This document shows, one piece after another, positions 9,606 to 20,100 of a DNA stretch of 58,218 nt. Origin of the DNA: an uncultured virus (IMG/VR IMGVR_UViG_2140918032_000035) (Duplodnaviria > Heunggongvirae > Uroviricota > Caudoviricetes); IMG/VR virus record IMGVR_UViG_2140918032_000035, one strand, 5' to 3'. Made by a program: the position numbers and the translations under genes. The notes beneath the pieces are model-generated. The model saw only the letters and a list, made by a program, of their open reading frames with translations. It was not told where the DNA came from and did not search any database. Position 1 is the first letter of the stretch. Each line of letters opens with the position of its first letter.

Positions 9606-9944
9606 ATGGTTCAACTCAAGTTGACTTTTATGGGCGACGGTTCCCTTTCGATCTTCAATCCCGAAACAGGTGAGAGTCTGAAGGTCGATCAGGACCAGAA
9701 GTTCCAGCTTTACGATTCTATTCAGTTGGATTATTACAAGGAAGATGTCCGCGATCATATTAACGGAACTCTCGATCCTGAGACAGCCGCAGCTTTGGTA
9801 GTTGACAGTGAGTTCATTACACAGACAGCGGTTGATTATCAGAGTGCTATCCGTGAGAGCCAGACTATATGCGAGGCTGAGCACGAGCATCTTGAGGATA
9901 CCGTTAACGAAGCTGTTGAGAGATGCAACGGCCGTCAGGCATAA
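9606..9944 (+). CDS. Acidic hypothetical protein (YxEDV family), C-terminus GRQA
   Basis: AAGGAG RBS; paralogous to 9957 and 10877. Confidence 0.7.
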   Translation: MVQLKLTFMGDGSLSIFNPETGESLKVDQDQKFQLYDSIQLDYYKEDVRDHINGTLDPETAAALVVDSEFITQTAVDYQSAIRESQTICEAEHEHLEDTVNEAVERCNGRQA

Positions 9945-9956
9945 CGAGGTCTCATT

Positions 9957-10364
9957 ATGGATTTGGATATTAAGACTACGACTGAAGGTGTTACCTTGAC
10001 TCAGAACGGCGTGAGCATCTTTGTTGACCGCCAGCACGCTCTCCGCCTCAGCCGGGAGATCGATTGCATCTGGTACCGTGACGATGTCCTTTATGCTCTT
10101 ACTGAAGAACCGGAATCTTATTTGGATGCCTCCGAATACGATCTGGAGCGTATCAAGACTGATGTTAAAGAAGGCCGTGGTGATAAGATAGTCGAAAGAG
10201 TGCTTGACTATTATGAAGACGAACGCCACGACCACGATTCCGGCAGCGGGGAAGTCCAGGATTGGACTGAGTGTATGCAGACGGCTTTTGACAAGAGCCT
10301 GGAAGACGGCGACTGTGTCTTCGCGGCATACGCGATCGAAGAACCGGGGGTAGGTATATCATGA
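9957..10364 (+). CDS. Acidic hypothetical protein (YxEDV family)
   Basis: YRDDV..DWTECMQTA aligns with YREDV..DWQACMQMA in 10877. Confidence 0.75.
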   Translation: MDLDIKTTTEGVTLTQNGVSIFVDRQHALRLSREIDCIWYRDDVLYALTEEPESYLDASEYDLERIKTDVKEGRGDKIVERVLDYYEDERHDHDSGSGEVQDWTECMQTAFDKSLEDGDCVFAAYAIEEPGVGIS

Positions 10365-10858
10365 TAATCAAGGTGCGAGGTCTTACTGCAGACGACTATG
10401 AGGCTGCGTTGGAGCTTGATGATATGTCCGGTAACTCGCTGGCTGACAGTTACATCGACAATATAGAGCCGGGCGAGACAAGTGACTACGCCTGGGGTTT
10501 GTTTGTTGACGATGAAATGATAGGATACTGTTCCATCGGATATGCTGACGATGTTCCCGATATGATAAGGAATCATCCTCATTATAAGGATACCTGCGAT
10601 CAGCTGTTTTTGAGTGATGTGTATATTCGCCCTCTATATCGTTCCAACTGTCTTGGTCAGTATTTGGTCAGCGAAGCATTGCGTTCCCGTTGGGAGATGG
10701 AAGGCCAGAGTGTGTCCTGGGCATATCTTACGGTGCTGCATGATGACCTCGGGCTGTTCTATCAGAAACTCGGCTTCGAGTGGTGTGATGCTTCCAGGCA
10801 ATATGCTATGGCATTAGACCTCAACAAACTGACGGTGCTTAACGAGCCGTCACTATAA
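10361..10858 (+). CDS. GNAT acetyltransferase
   Basis: VYIRPLYRSNCLGQYL acetyl-CoA motif, FYQKLGF. Confidence 0.85.
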   Translation: MIIKVRGLTADDYEAALELDDMSGNSLADSYIDNIEPGETSDYAWGLFVDDEMIGYCSIGYADDVPDMIRNHPHYKDTCDQLFLSDVYIRPLYRSNCLGQYLVSEALRSRWEMEGQSVSWAYLTVLHDDLGLFYQKLGFEWCDASRQYAMALDLNKLTVLNEPSL

Positions 10859-10876
10859 AGAAAGGAGACATTTATT

Positions 10877-11380
10877 ATGTCTGACATTATCGTAGAAGTT
10901 AACGGCACGAATGACGGTCTTACTCTTATCAAGGGTGACTCCCGCATCCAGCTTACTTTAGACGAGCTGAACGAAGTCCGTAAGAAGATCAACTTTATGG
11001 ACTATCGCGAGGATGTCTATATGGTCCTTACCGAGCGTGACCATCTTGAGTGCTATTTCGATGAGGGCGAATATGACATCGACCAGATCATTGCAGATGT
11101 CGAATCCGGAGAGAACGATGAGGCTCTTACAGACATCATGAGTTACTACGGCGACCTCCGGGAAGAGCATTCCACGGGCGATCCTGATGAGATGCTCGAT
11201 TGGCAGGCTTGTATGCAAATGGCGATCGAACGCTGCATCGCGGACGGTGACTTTGCTCAGTACAAGAGAGACGGTGCCGCCAGAGAGAGTGATGATGTGC
11301 CTGATTATCTTGAGCAGGCAGACTTCGCTCACGATGACGACGCAAGCAATTTTAATAATGATATAGGGTTAGGCTTATGA
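10877..11380 (+). CDS. Acidic hypothetical protein (YxEDV family)
   Basis: AAAGGAG RBS; paralog of 9957. Confidence 0.75.
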   Translation: MSDIIVEVNGTNDGLTLIKGDSRIQLTLDELNEVRKKINFMDYREDVYMVLTERDHLECYFDEGEYDIDQIIADVESGENDEALTDIMSYYGDLREEHSTGDPDEMLDWQACMQMAIERCIADGDFAQYKRDGAARESDDVPDYLEQADFAHDDDASNFNNDIGLGL

Positions 11381-11841
11381 CACTTGAAGAATTACTGAAG
11401 TTAAAGGTTCAGGCTGATGTGGCCGTTAACCGACAGGAGAGCCAGGTATCGACTCAACGGGAAGCGTATATCGCGAGATGGAGACAGGTGGCTCCGAGGC
11501 TGCTTGCAATCCTTGAGTGTATGCTTCCCCGTGCGGTCGTGAAGATCAAGATAAAGGGTGTATTCGAGTACAAGATCATCGGCACACCTGATGGCGGGTT
11601 CGCTATGAACCTGGATAACGGTCAGAGCCTCGTCGTTATCAATGACCAGATACAGTATGTAGAGAAGGGGCCTTCGTTCACCAAGGTCATCTACTCGAAG
11701 TCCCAGGGCATCTGTGATCCGATGGTGGTCATCACAAGAGGTTCTCCTATGATGAGATACCTTCTGATGCACTGGTCGGAATTGGAGCCTCTGTTCATAG
11801 ACAACATTGCTGCCAATCTCAAGACCTGGGCACAAGGATAA
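11377..11841 (+). CDS. Hypothetical protein
   Basis: ATGA overlap with the upstream gene. Confidence 0.65.
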   Translation: MTLEELLKLKVQADVAVNRQESQVSTQREAYIARWRQVAPRLLAILECMLPRAVVKIKIKGVFEYKIIGTPDGGFAMNLDNGQSLVVINDQIQYVEKGPSFTKVIYSKSQGICDPMVVITRGSPMMRYLLMHWSELEPLFIDNIAANLKTWAQG

Positions 11842-11865
11842 GTTCACCTCATTTCCCCAAATATC

Positions 11866-11911
11866 GGCGGTGGCCGGTTCTTCTTCGGAGGGATCGGCTG
11901 CCGCCTTTTTT
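11866..11911 (+). terminator. Strong intrinsic terminator with UUCG loop
   Basis: GGCGGTGGCCGGTTCTTC-TTCG-GAGGGATCGGCTGCCGCC-TTTTTT. Confidence 0.85.
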
Positions 11912-11920
11912 CATGCCTAT

Positions 11921-11992
11921 ATGTATCAAGTTATGCAATAATGTATCAGATTATGCAGTATTTCGTTCAATAATGTATCAAGTTATGCAATA
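11921..11992. repeat. Three 20-bp direct repeats ATGTATCAAGTTATGCAATA
   Basis: Copies at 11921, 11941 (variant) and 11973. Confidence 0.85.
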
Positions 11993-12061
11993 TGCGTAGC
12001 TTGTAACAGTATTGCAGATTGTAGGACAATATGTTGTGTCCGCCTGCGTGTTTTGACATTT

Positions 12062-12118
12062 TTGTCGGTTATGGCATTTCAAAACCCGCTTTGGTTTTGC
12101 CGGATTTTCGGCTATAAT
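12062..12118 (+). promoter_or_regulatory. Box-50 promoter 2
   Basis: TGTCGGTTATGGCAT at 12063; TATAAT at 12113. Confidence 0.75.
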
Positions 12119-12161
12119 TACACTAACCGATGCGGTAATCTGTTCTTTGGAGGGCTTCAAC

Positions 12162-12890
12162 ATGCCGGATGTTCACTTCAGTTTTGGCACATCAGACGAT
12201 ACTTTGGTATCCCTTTGCGACTGCGAAATGTATCTGGCAGTCGAGTATTCCCAGGAGATAAATTACCTGCTCAAGCACTCGCCTTTGATCCTCGACGGTA
12301 AGACGATTGACCATCTTACGGTTGAGCCTGCTGTTCCGTCACAGCTTGAGGATCCCCGAAAGGCTGAGTATTATAATAAGGTGCTGCCCTGGATAACCAA
12401 GGACGACGCTTATGTCCGTTGGCACGATGACTGCGATCTTTCTACGCAGCTCCCGCTTCTCTTTTGTGAGCTCTGGGCAAAGAAGATCATAGACATCTCA
12501 CCTTCCCGTTATTACAATTATTCGGAGAGTTTTTCCGCCGGTAAGGGGCACGGGCCTTTGTATGTGCACGCCGCTCATAATTACTATGATACTGACGGCG
12601 GATACTGTCATTATTTCTGCATCGATCGCCCGGCAGGTACCTGGGGCGGTATGCAGGAATACTCAACCATAATGAAGACGGACCGCGAGCCCTGGCTTCA
12701 GAAGTGGAAGGAAATGTTCCCTGACGGCAAGGGCTCCATCGCTGATTTTTATAAGTTCCGCGAGGAGTTCACAACGGCCTTTGTTAATCAGCTTTTAGAG
12801 CATTTCTCGACTTCTCCCGATTGGGATCCGAAGCCTCTTTCCAATCCCTTAAAGGAACCGACTCTTGAGGAAAATCCTCGGATGGTTTAA
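12162..12890 (+). CDS. Hypothetical protein
   Basis: GGAGGG RBS before MPDVH. Confidence 0.7.
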   Translation: MPDVHFSFGTSDDTLVSLCDCEMYLAVEYSQEINYLLKHSPLILDGKTIDHLTVEPAVPSQLEDPRKAEYYNKVLPWITKDDAYVRWHDDCDLSTQLPLLFCELWAKKIIDISPSRYYNYSESFSAGKGHGPLYVHAAHNYYDTDGGYCHYFCIDRPAGTWGGMQEYSTIMKTDREPWLQKWKEMFPDGKGSIADFYKFREEFTTAFVNQLLEHFSTSPDWDPKPLSNPLKEPTLEENPRMV

Positions 12891-12923
12891 TATAGTCCAA
12901 TCACATAAGAAAGGAACTCTTGC

Positions 12924-13745
12924 ATGTTTAAGAAAGTTTTATCTACGCTTGTTGTTTGTACCACGATTCTTGCAGGTGTCGGATGCACCGCGAAGTACAC
13001 CCCCGGAGTCCTCGATGCCGACCGTCAGCAGATGATGACAGACCGCATCAATTCAGTCTATACGGCACTCAAAACAGACAGTGCTTCCTTTGACTCCGTA
13101 GTATCCTCTTTAGCCGAACAGAACGGAGATTCCATAGCCCAGGATACAGGTTGCCTGATGGGCGTTAAGTACGCCAATCTGTCCATGCCCAATCCTTACA
13201 ACGAGGACTATGACAGTATCTATATCGGACTCGATACCGTTAAGCCGGCTATCTATTCCACATTGACAGACCTCTCGATCACATATTCGGATCCGGTGCT
13301 CTACTCGGGCGACACCTATGCTTTCACCGCTACGGTAACAGGCAGCATCAGGGACTATCAGACTGCCTGGGATATGTACGCTTCCTGTCATGACCAGGTT
13401 GCCGCAACGGCCGGTCTGGCTCTAACTGATGCTCAGGCTGCCGCCGAACAGTTCAACGCAGACTATCTGCAGTTGCTCGAAGGCTGCTCTATGATACCTT
13501 ACACGGCAACGGCACAGTGTCTCCTTCTTTCTGACGGCTCTGTTAAGATCCTCAGCTTCTCTGACAATTCCGCTATGGAGTGCTTTCTCTTATCTGATGC
13601 GGACCGTGCAGCCGCGTTAGAGCAGGCCGGCGTTTATACGCTTGAGAACCTTTATGAAGAGAATCCCGAGAACTTCCAGGGTGCTTTCACTGAAGAAGAA
13701 TGGGCAGAGATCCAGGCTAATCAGACTGCCACTTCAGGCAACTGA
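12924..13745 (+). CDS. Lipoprotein of unknown function
   Basis: Signal peptide with lipobox-like LAGVGC. Confidence 0.7.
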   Translation: MFKKVLSTLVVCTTILAGVGCTAKYTPGVLDADRQQMMTDRINSVYTALKTDSASFDSVVSSLAEQNGDSIAQDTGCLMGVKYANLSMPNPYNEDYDSIYIGLDTVKPAIYSTLTDLSITYSDPVLYSGDTYAFTATVTGSIRDYQTAWDMYASCHDQVAATAGLALTDAQAAAEQFNADYLQLLEGCSMIPYTATAQCLLLSDGSVKILSFSDNSAMECFLLSDADRAAALEQAGVYTLENLYEENPENFQGAFTEEEWAEIQANQTATSGN

Positions 13746-13757
13746 TTTTTTCTGATT

Positions 13758-13814
13758 TTGTCGGATAAGGCATTTTAATAATTCAAATATGTCCCGAATG
13801 ATACAGGTTATACT
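13758..13814 (+). promoter_or_regulatory. Box-50 promoter 3
   Basis: TGTCGGATAAGGCAT at 13759; TATACT at 13809. Confidence 0.75.
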
Positions 13815-13829
13815 TATACTGTAATTTCA

Positions 13830-14105
13830 TGCGGGCAGGGCTCTACAAAGTCCGGTCCGCACTGATTTTGATAAAGAAAAGAAGGGTGGTGATAAAATGC
13901 GTTACCTCAGTAATGCAATCAAATCCTAAAGGGGTTACCGCATATCTGGAACGCGGTGCTCTTGAATAGAGAGACTCCTGCCCGAAGAATCGGGTAGTAA
14001 GGGGACACAGACAGCTGAGTATATAATTCCCCAAATTCAAAAGGCAGTTGTTTGTTTCCGGAGGGTTCTCTTACTGTCCGCTCCTCCGGACAGGTCGTTC
14101 CAGGA
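13830..14105 (+). ncRNA. Structured 5' leader of the adhesin gene with pseudoknot and possible 10-aa uORF
   Basis: Several hairpins; loop CTGGAAC (13946-13952) complementary to GTTCCAG (14097-14103); uORF 13897-13929. Confidence 0.5.
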
Positions 14106-14160
14106 AAGAAAGTTTTGAAGCACTTGTTTAATTCATCTTAATGAAAGGAAACTAAAGTCT

Positions 14161-17100
14161 ATGCACAAGAATAGAACATTCAAGAGTGTATGTGCCATTG
14201 CGGTATCCGCACTTCTTGTTATGCAGAACTTGTCACCGGCTGTTTCTGTTCTCGCAGACGAGATCAAGGACAACGACGAGACTAACGGCACTACTATCGT
14301 GTCCGTAGCAGAGCCTACCGTGGTTCCTGCTGAGTCTGATGAAGTCGTAGTCGTTCCTGCTGACGAGACCGAAGAGACGGTAGATGAGAATGTAGATTCT
14401 GTTCCTGCGGATGATGCCGAGCCTACTGAAGTATCAGAGGATGTTGACACCAATCCGCCTATTGAACAGACAGATGTTACCGAGCCTTCTGCCGAGACAG
14501 AAGTTACTGAGGCTACGGAAGCAACAGAGGCAACAAATGTTGAAGAAACAGAGCCCACTGAAGCGACTGAGGCAACGGAAGAAACAACTGTTGAGACAGA
14601 GGAGCCCGTCGAAGAGGTCACAGAAGATCTTACTATCGTTGACGAGCCTGCTGAAATCACGATCGCACAGTCCGCTGAGGAGTATGCTGATCTGGTAGCA
14701 GGTCTTTCTGATTATGAGAGAGTTATCGTCAATACGACAGACGATCTTAACGGCCTCGTTATTGCCGGCGGCGTATATTATGATGGTACTTATATTATAG
14801 GTTTCGCAAACGACGCAGACCTTAACAGTGCTATCGGTTATTTCGCAGCAATGGGTTATGAGTATGCTCTTGACGGCGACATGGATCTTTGTGGTGTTGG
14901 TGACGGTGTTATTCTTTATGGAGAGACCAATCCTTCCGCAACAGTTAAAGTTGCTGTTATTGACTCAGGATCCAACAATGCGAATGAGTATTATTCCGTC
15001 ATCGGAGATGATACGGCAGATTATAATGGTCACGGTACGGATATGTGTAACTATATCCTGAACGAGACTAATGATGCCTATATTATCTCTATTAAGGCTT
15101 TTGGCGATTCCAAGGCTTCTGTTGCTGATGTTACTGCTGCGATCGAACTCGCAGAGTCTCTTGATGTTGATTATATCCTTTTGGCTATGTCCATCAGAGA
15201 TAACGGTCAGTACGAGGCTTTTGAGTCTCTCATTGCCGGCACAAATGCAACGGTAGTTGCTTCTGCAGGTAATAATGGTCGTGATGCACAGAATTATCTC
15301 CCCGCACGCGTTGACGGTGTCGTTACTGTCGGTGCAGTTGAAGATGATGCAATCTATCTCCGTGATTTCTCTAACTATGGTACTTGTGTAAATTATTATA
15401 TCCAGGCTGATTCTACTTCTGAAGCAGCGGCTAAAGCGTTGGGTATCTTGATCGCAGGTACAGAAGAAGAGTTCTTGGCTATTAGCGCAATTAAGCCGAG
15501 TGTATCTATTGCGTATGCAGAGGGTTCTGCAGAATACCTTGAGTTAGACGAGGTTCGTCTTTCTGCTAATGGTGCAACACTTGAGGCTTTCTCTACTTCC
15601 GATATGCAGGCGGCTGGATATGCTAATGCTGCAGAATGGAACCAGGGAATCTTAAATCACAGAGCTGGCGGTCATTATTGCGCTGGTGGTTGTATTGAAT
15701 ATGTAAGTTGGGTTGTTAATAGAACAGGTTTGACCACTTCTCACGGAGGCGGTAGCACTTGGACTTGGAACTATGACGGTGTAACAACTTTGATGAATGG
15801 TGCCGGTTATTCAGATCCTTCTGCGGTAGGTATTATCGGTATCCGTCGTCCTTCTTACACAAATGGTAACTATGAGAGTATTGCTCAGACTGACTTTGCA
15901 GCTTTGTATAATTATATTACAACTTATGCAGAGCCCGGTGATATTCTTGTATTTGGTAATTATAGTGATACTTCAACTTCTTATAAGTGGAAGCATATTG
16001 CTATCTATAATGGTACTACAACACAAACCTGGCACGGTCAGTCTATTGCCATTTCTTTGAGCGAAGCAAACGGTAATGATTCTAATAGTAATAATAACCG
16101 TATTCTTAATGCGGAAGATTTGGTTAATTGGACTAACTCATCTGGTAGTGCAGATACTTCGAGCAACAGCGGTACAAAGAATTGGGAAACTGTAGTTATT
16201 CTTAAAGCTGCTAATACTCCTCCTGATCTTCCTCTCGGTCTCGCAAAGGTTAATACTGCGTCTGCGTACAACACAATGACTCAGGGTAACTCTTGCTATG
16301 ACTTTGCAGGTACACAGTATACTCTGTATGCCGATCAGGCTTGCACTCAGGTTCTTTTCACTTACACATTCGGTTCTGACGGACACACAACGGGTGACAT
16401 CTATAAGCTCCCCGGTGCTGAAATCGCTAATGAGCCGACCTACTTCTTGAAAGAGACTGCTGCAGGCCCGGGTTATATTATCGACAATACCGTATATTCT
16501 GTCTCCTTCCACGCTGACAGAACTGTTACGGTAAGCGGCGGTTCTAATGCAACTGTTACTATCTCTCAGTCTGCTGATGCAGACCATCCTGCCGAGATCA
16601 CTCTTGCTGATGAGCCTATGACGGACCCGTTTGGCATTACCGTTCGTAAAGAGAATAAGGTTAACACAACTACCACCTTTAGAATGGATGCAGTTACTTT
16701 CCACATTCAGTATTATGCAGGTGAGTACAATGTTAATACTTCTCTTGCAGGCGTAATTCCTACTGATGATTTCTATGTAACTATTACTAATACCTCTGCA
16801 AACGACTATATTTCAAAGATGTTGAGATTGCAGCAGTTTGCAGGTCAGGATTCTTCAGTTACGGTTACGGGCGATAACGATTATCTTGCAGGAGTGTATA
16901 ACAGCGGAGTTTCTGATAACGAGCCTTTGGGCACTTATGTTATTCAGGAATCTACTGCTCCTACGGGATACGAAGTTAACCCTACCGTTTATCGTGTTCG
17001 TATGTACGATGCGGGCAACGGTTATGCAACAACTCAGATTGTCAATGTTACTACAAACACAGATGTTACAGGTCGTATTACAGTAACTAACGGTCTCAGT

Positions 17101-20100
17101 GATTTTGCTTGGAGTATAGCTGAGTCTCATTCCATTGGTTATTATTCCTTGGTAAAGACTATCTCTGATACTCGTGAGCAGAGCAATCGTGCCGGATTCG
17201 AGTTCAGTATGTATTGGGTTGACAATGGCACATATAAGTTGTTTGCAACGGGCACTTCCCAGAGCGACGGCCGTGTTTATTGGACATACCAGCTTCCGAA
17301 CTACGGACATCTTGAGGATGACGGCGAGACTATTACTCCCTTGACGGGTACGAAGACCTACAACCTTGAGATCCTTACAGGTGAGACTTACGAAGTTCGT
17401 GAGGAGGCTGTTTACTATCCTTATGGTATCCAGGCTTCCGGACTTCAGTATATCCCTATTGCGCCTCAGGGCTGGTCCACTCAGACGACCAATGGTACGA
17501 TCGAATACTTCTATAAGTCTGTAACTCTTAATACAAGCCAGAGCTTTGCAGATACAGAAGATAACAACTGGACAGAATCCGCAGGCTTCTCTGTCTATAA
17601 GACAAAGCCTACCGGCGATTTGTTCGATTTCTCGAAGGTAACATTTACTGCTTACACTTATGTTGGTGGCACACGCTACGACATCGCAACAGGTACGGTT
17701 GACACTAACGGTAACATTACTTGGACTCGTACTGATACTTCCGGTTACGGTATCTATCAGGCAGGCAACTATGACAACCGCACTTCTGTCAACGCACTCG
17801 TTTCACTCCCTTGCGGAACCTACTATGTAGAAGAGGCTTGGGACAAGATGTATGTCGATACTCTTGACGCATCCACTCAGGCTGCTGTTGAGGTATTCGC
17901 CACTAACAACACATCAGGCTGGACTACAAACGATGCAGGTACGAAGTACATCAGTACGATTACCGTCGATTGTACGACACCTAACACAACAACAACTGTT
18001 GCTCTGAACAACCCTCAGAACGATTGGCATTATCAGTGGTTCTCCGCTAATAAGACAGTCACAGTTGCAGGCGACGCTTCGACGATCGAGTTCGAGCTCT
18101 ACTACAACAACGGTACTGACCTTGTTCTTTTCGCAACAGGTTATGCAGATACCAATGGTGTAGGCACATATCCTATCATCTGGGACGGATACCAGGGACC
18201 TGCTGAGTTCATTCAGAATAACGGACAGAAGATCGTTCTCCCTGAGGGCGATTACGAGATTCGTGAGATAGTTCCTGAGACTTACTACCAGAATGGTGCG
18301 GACAATGTTCCTTATACCTATATGGTACCTACCGGCTGGCAGGATCATCTCGGAGCAAATGGTCACTCTGACTATTTCTACAAGACATTCTCTGCTGCCA
18401 ATAATGCAGAAACGGTTATTAGCAGCATCAATCCTGTGGATACCCGTATCGAAGCAGAGCTCACAATCAGAAAGGTTGAGCAGTCTAACTCACCTTCACA
18501 GACTTTTACCTTCGCGATCTACTATCGTGGTAACGAAGATCAGCCTTTGAACCTCGGTGATTTCTCAGACGCATATCTCCTTGACACTGTGACTGTTACT
18601 ACAACGCAGGGTACAGGACTTACCACTCTGACAAAGATACCTGAAGGTTGGTATGAGGTAGTCGAGATCAACAACAATGGTTGGGAGTGCGTATGGATGA
18701 ACGATTCCACCAACACTGCTAACGGTAAGTTGGTACACGCTTCTTCCGAGAACAAGACGGTTTCCCAGATCGTCATTCAGGATAATCTTGCTATGTTCGG
18801 AACACCGCTTTCCGGTATCTGGGCTACAAACATCATCCGTCCTGATGTAACACCTGAGAAGCACGATGCTTGGACATACGACTTGCTTGCTACACCTATC
18901 GAGCATCCTGCAAATGTTCACCTCACATTCTATCTGTACGCAGATCAGAACCAGAACGGTGTTCTTGACCAGGCAGAGATCGATTTCGGTTATATGGCAC
19001 GCATCGACAGTGATGATGACGGCGAAGTCACATTCAAGAGCATTACGGCCGGTTACTATATCGTTCGTGAGGTAGCAACCGTCAACGGATACTATTTGAC
19101 TGCTGCTGACGCTCCTGTCATCGCTTCTGATCCTGTTAACTATGTTGTTCCTATGAGCAACAAGCCTTACACAGAGACAGTCAAGGTAACAAAGGTCGAT
19201 AACGAGACGGGCGATGCTCTCTCCGGTGCAGAGTTCACAGTCTATCTCGATTCTAACGACAACGGCGAATTTGACGCAGCCGACCAGGTTGCTCAGATGT
19301 GGAACGATGCTAACGGCAACGACATCGTTGACGCAGGCGAACTTTCCAACGCAGTTCTCGTTGAGACCTCAACAGGTATCTATGAGAGTTACGAGCTCCA
19401 CTTCAACGACGGATTCGTTGATGCTGACGGTGATGGTATCCTCGATGCCAACCACTTCGGCAACCGCTACTTCATCGTAGAGACCAAGGCACCTGATAAC
19501 TACTTCTTCGTTAACGCAGACGGTACTTTCTCTAACACGAGCCGTGTTGAGACCTTCACAGTTGATAAGAAGGATACTACTGCAGCTGACTTCCAGGTCG
19601 GTTCCAACGAGTACACCTTCCGCAACCAGACGGGTACAGTCTTTGCGAAGAAGACAAACCAGAACGGCGAGTTCCTTTCCGGTGCAGAGTTCACAGTTTA
19701 CTCTGATGCAGCTTGCACTCAGGTAGTCGGCGTTCTCACAGAGGATACGACTAACGAGACTTATTCCTACAAGGGACTCGGTCTTGGAACCTACTACCTC
19801 AAGGAGACTAAGGCTCCTACTGATTTCGAAGTCGATCCGAACGCTTATGAGTTCGAAGTTACACTCAACCAGGTACACCCTGTTGTTGTAAACTTCATGT
19901 CTTATAAGTACAACATCGACGGAGCGTTCGTTGATGTCGAGATCCATACAACGGCAAACGATCCTCTGATCGCTACACCTGAGAGCTCTTACAGCATCAT
20001 TGCAAGAGAGTCCACAGCAACAACGATCGTTGACCTCGTTTACTTCGACGGACTCATCATCGGCACTAACTACTCCGTAACGGGCGACCTCGTTTACCAG

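Noticed and set aside
11921..11992. Possible mini-CRISPR array
   Set aside because: Repeats are 20 bp with 0- and 12-nt gaps, there are no spacer-length unique sequences and no cas genes
13759..13773. GTCGGATAAGGC resembles enterobacterial REP sequences
   Set aside because: No REP hairpin or GTAG end; the fixed distance to -10 hexamers fits a promoter element better
13900..14105. c-di-AMP, cobalamin, lysine or T-box riboswitch
   Set aside because: Their conserved sequence blocks were not found
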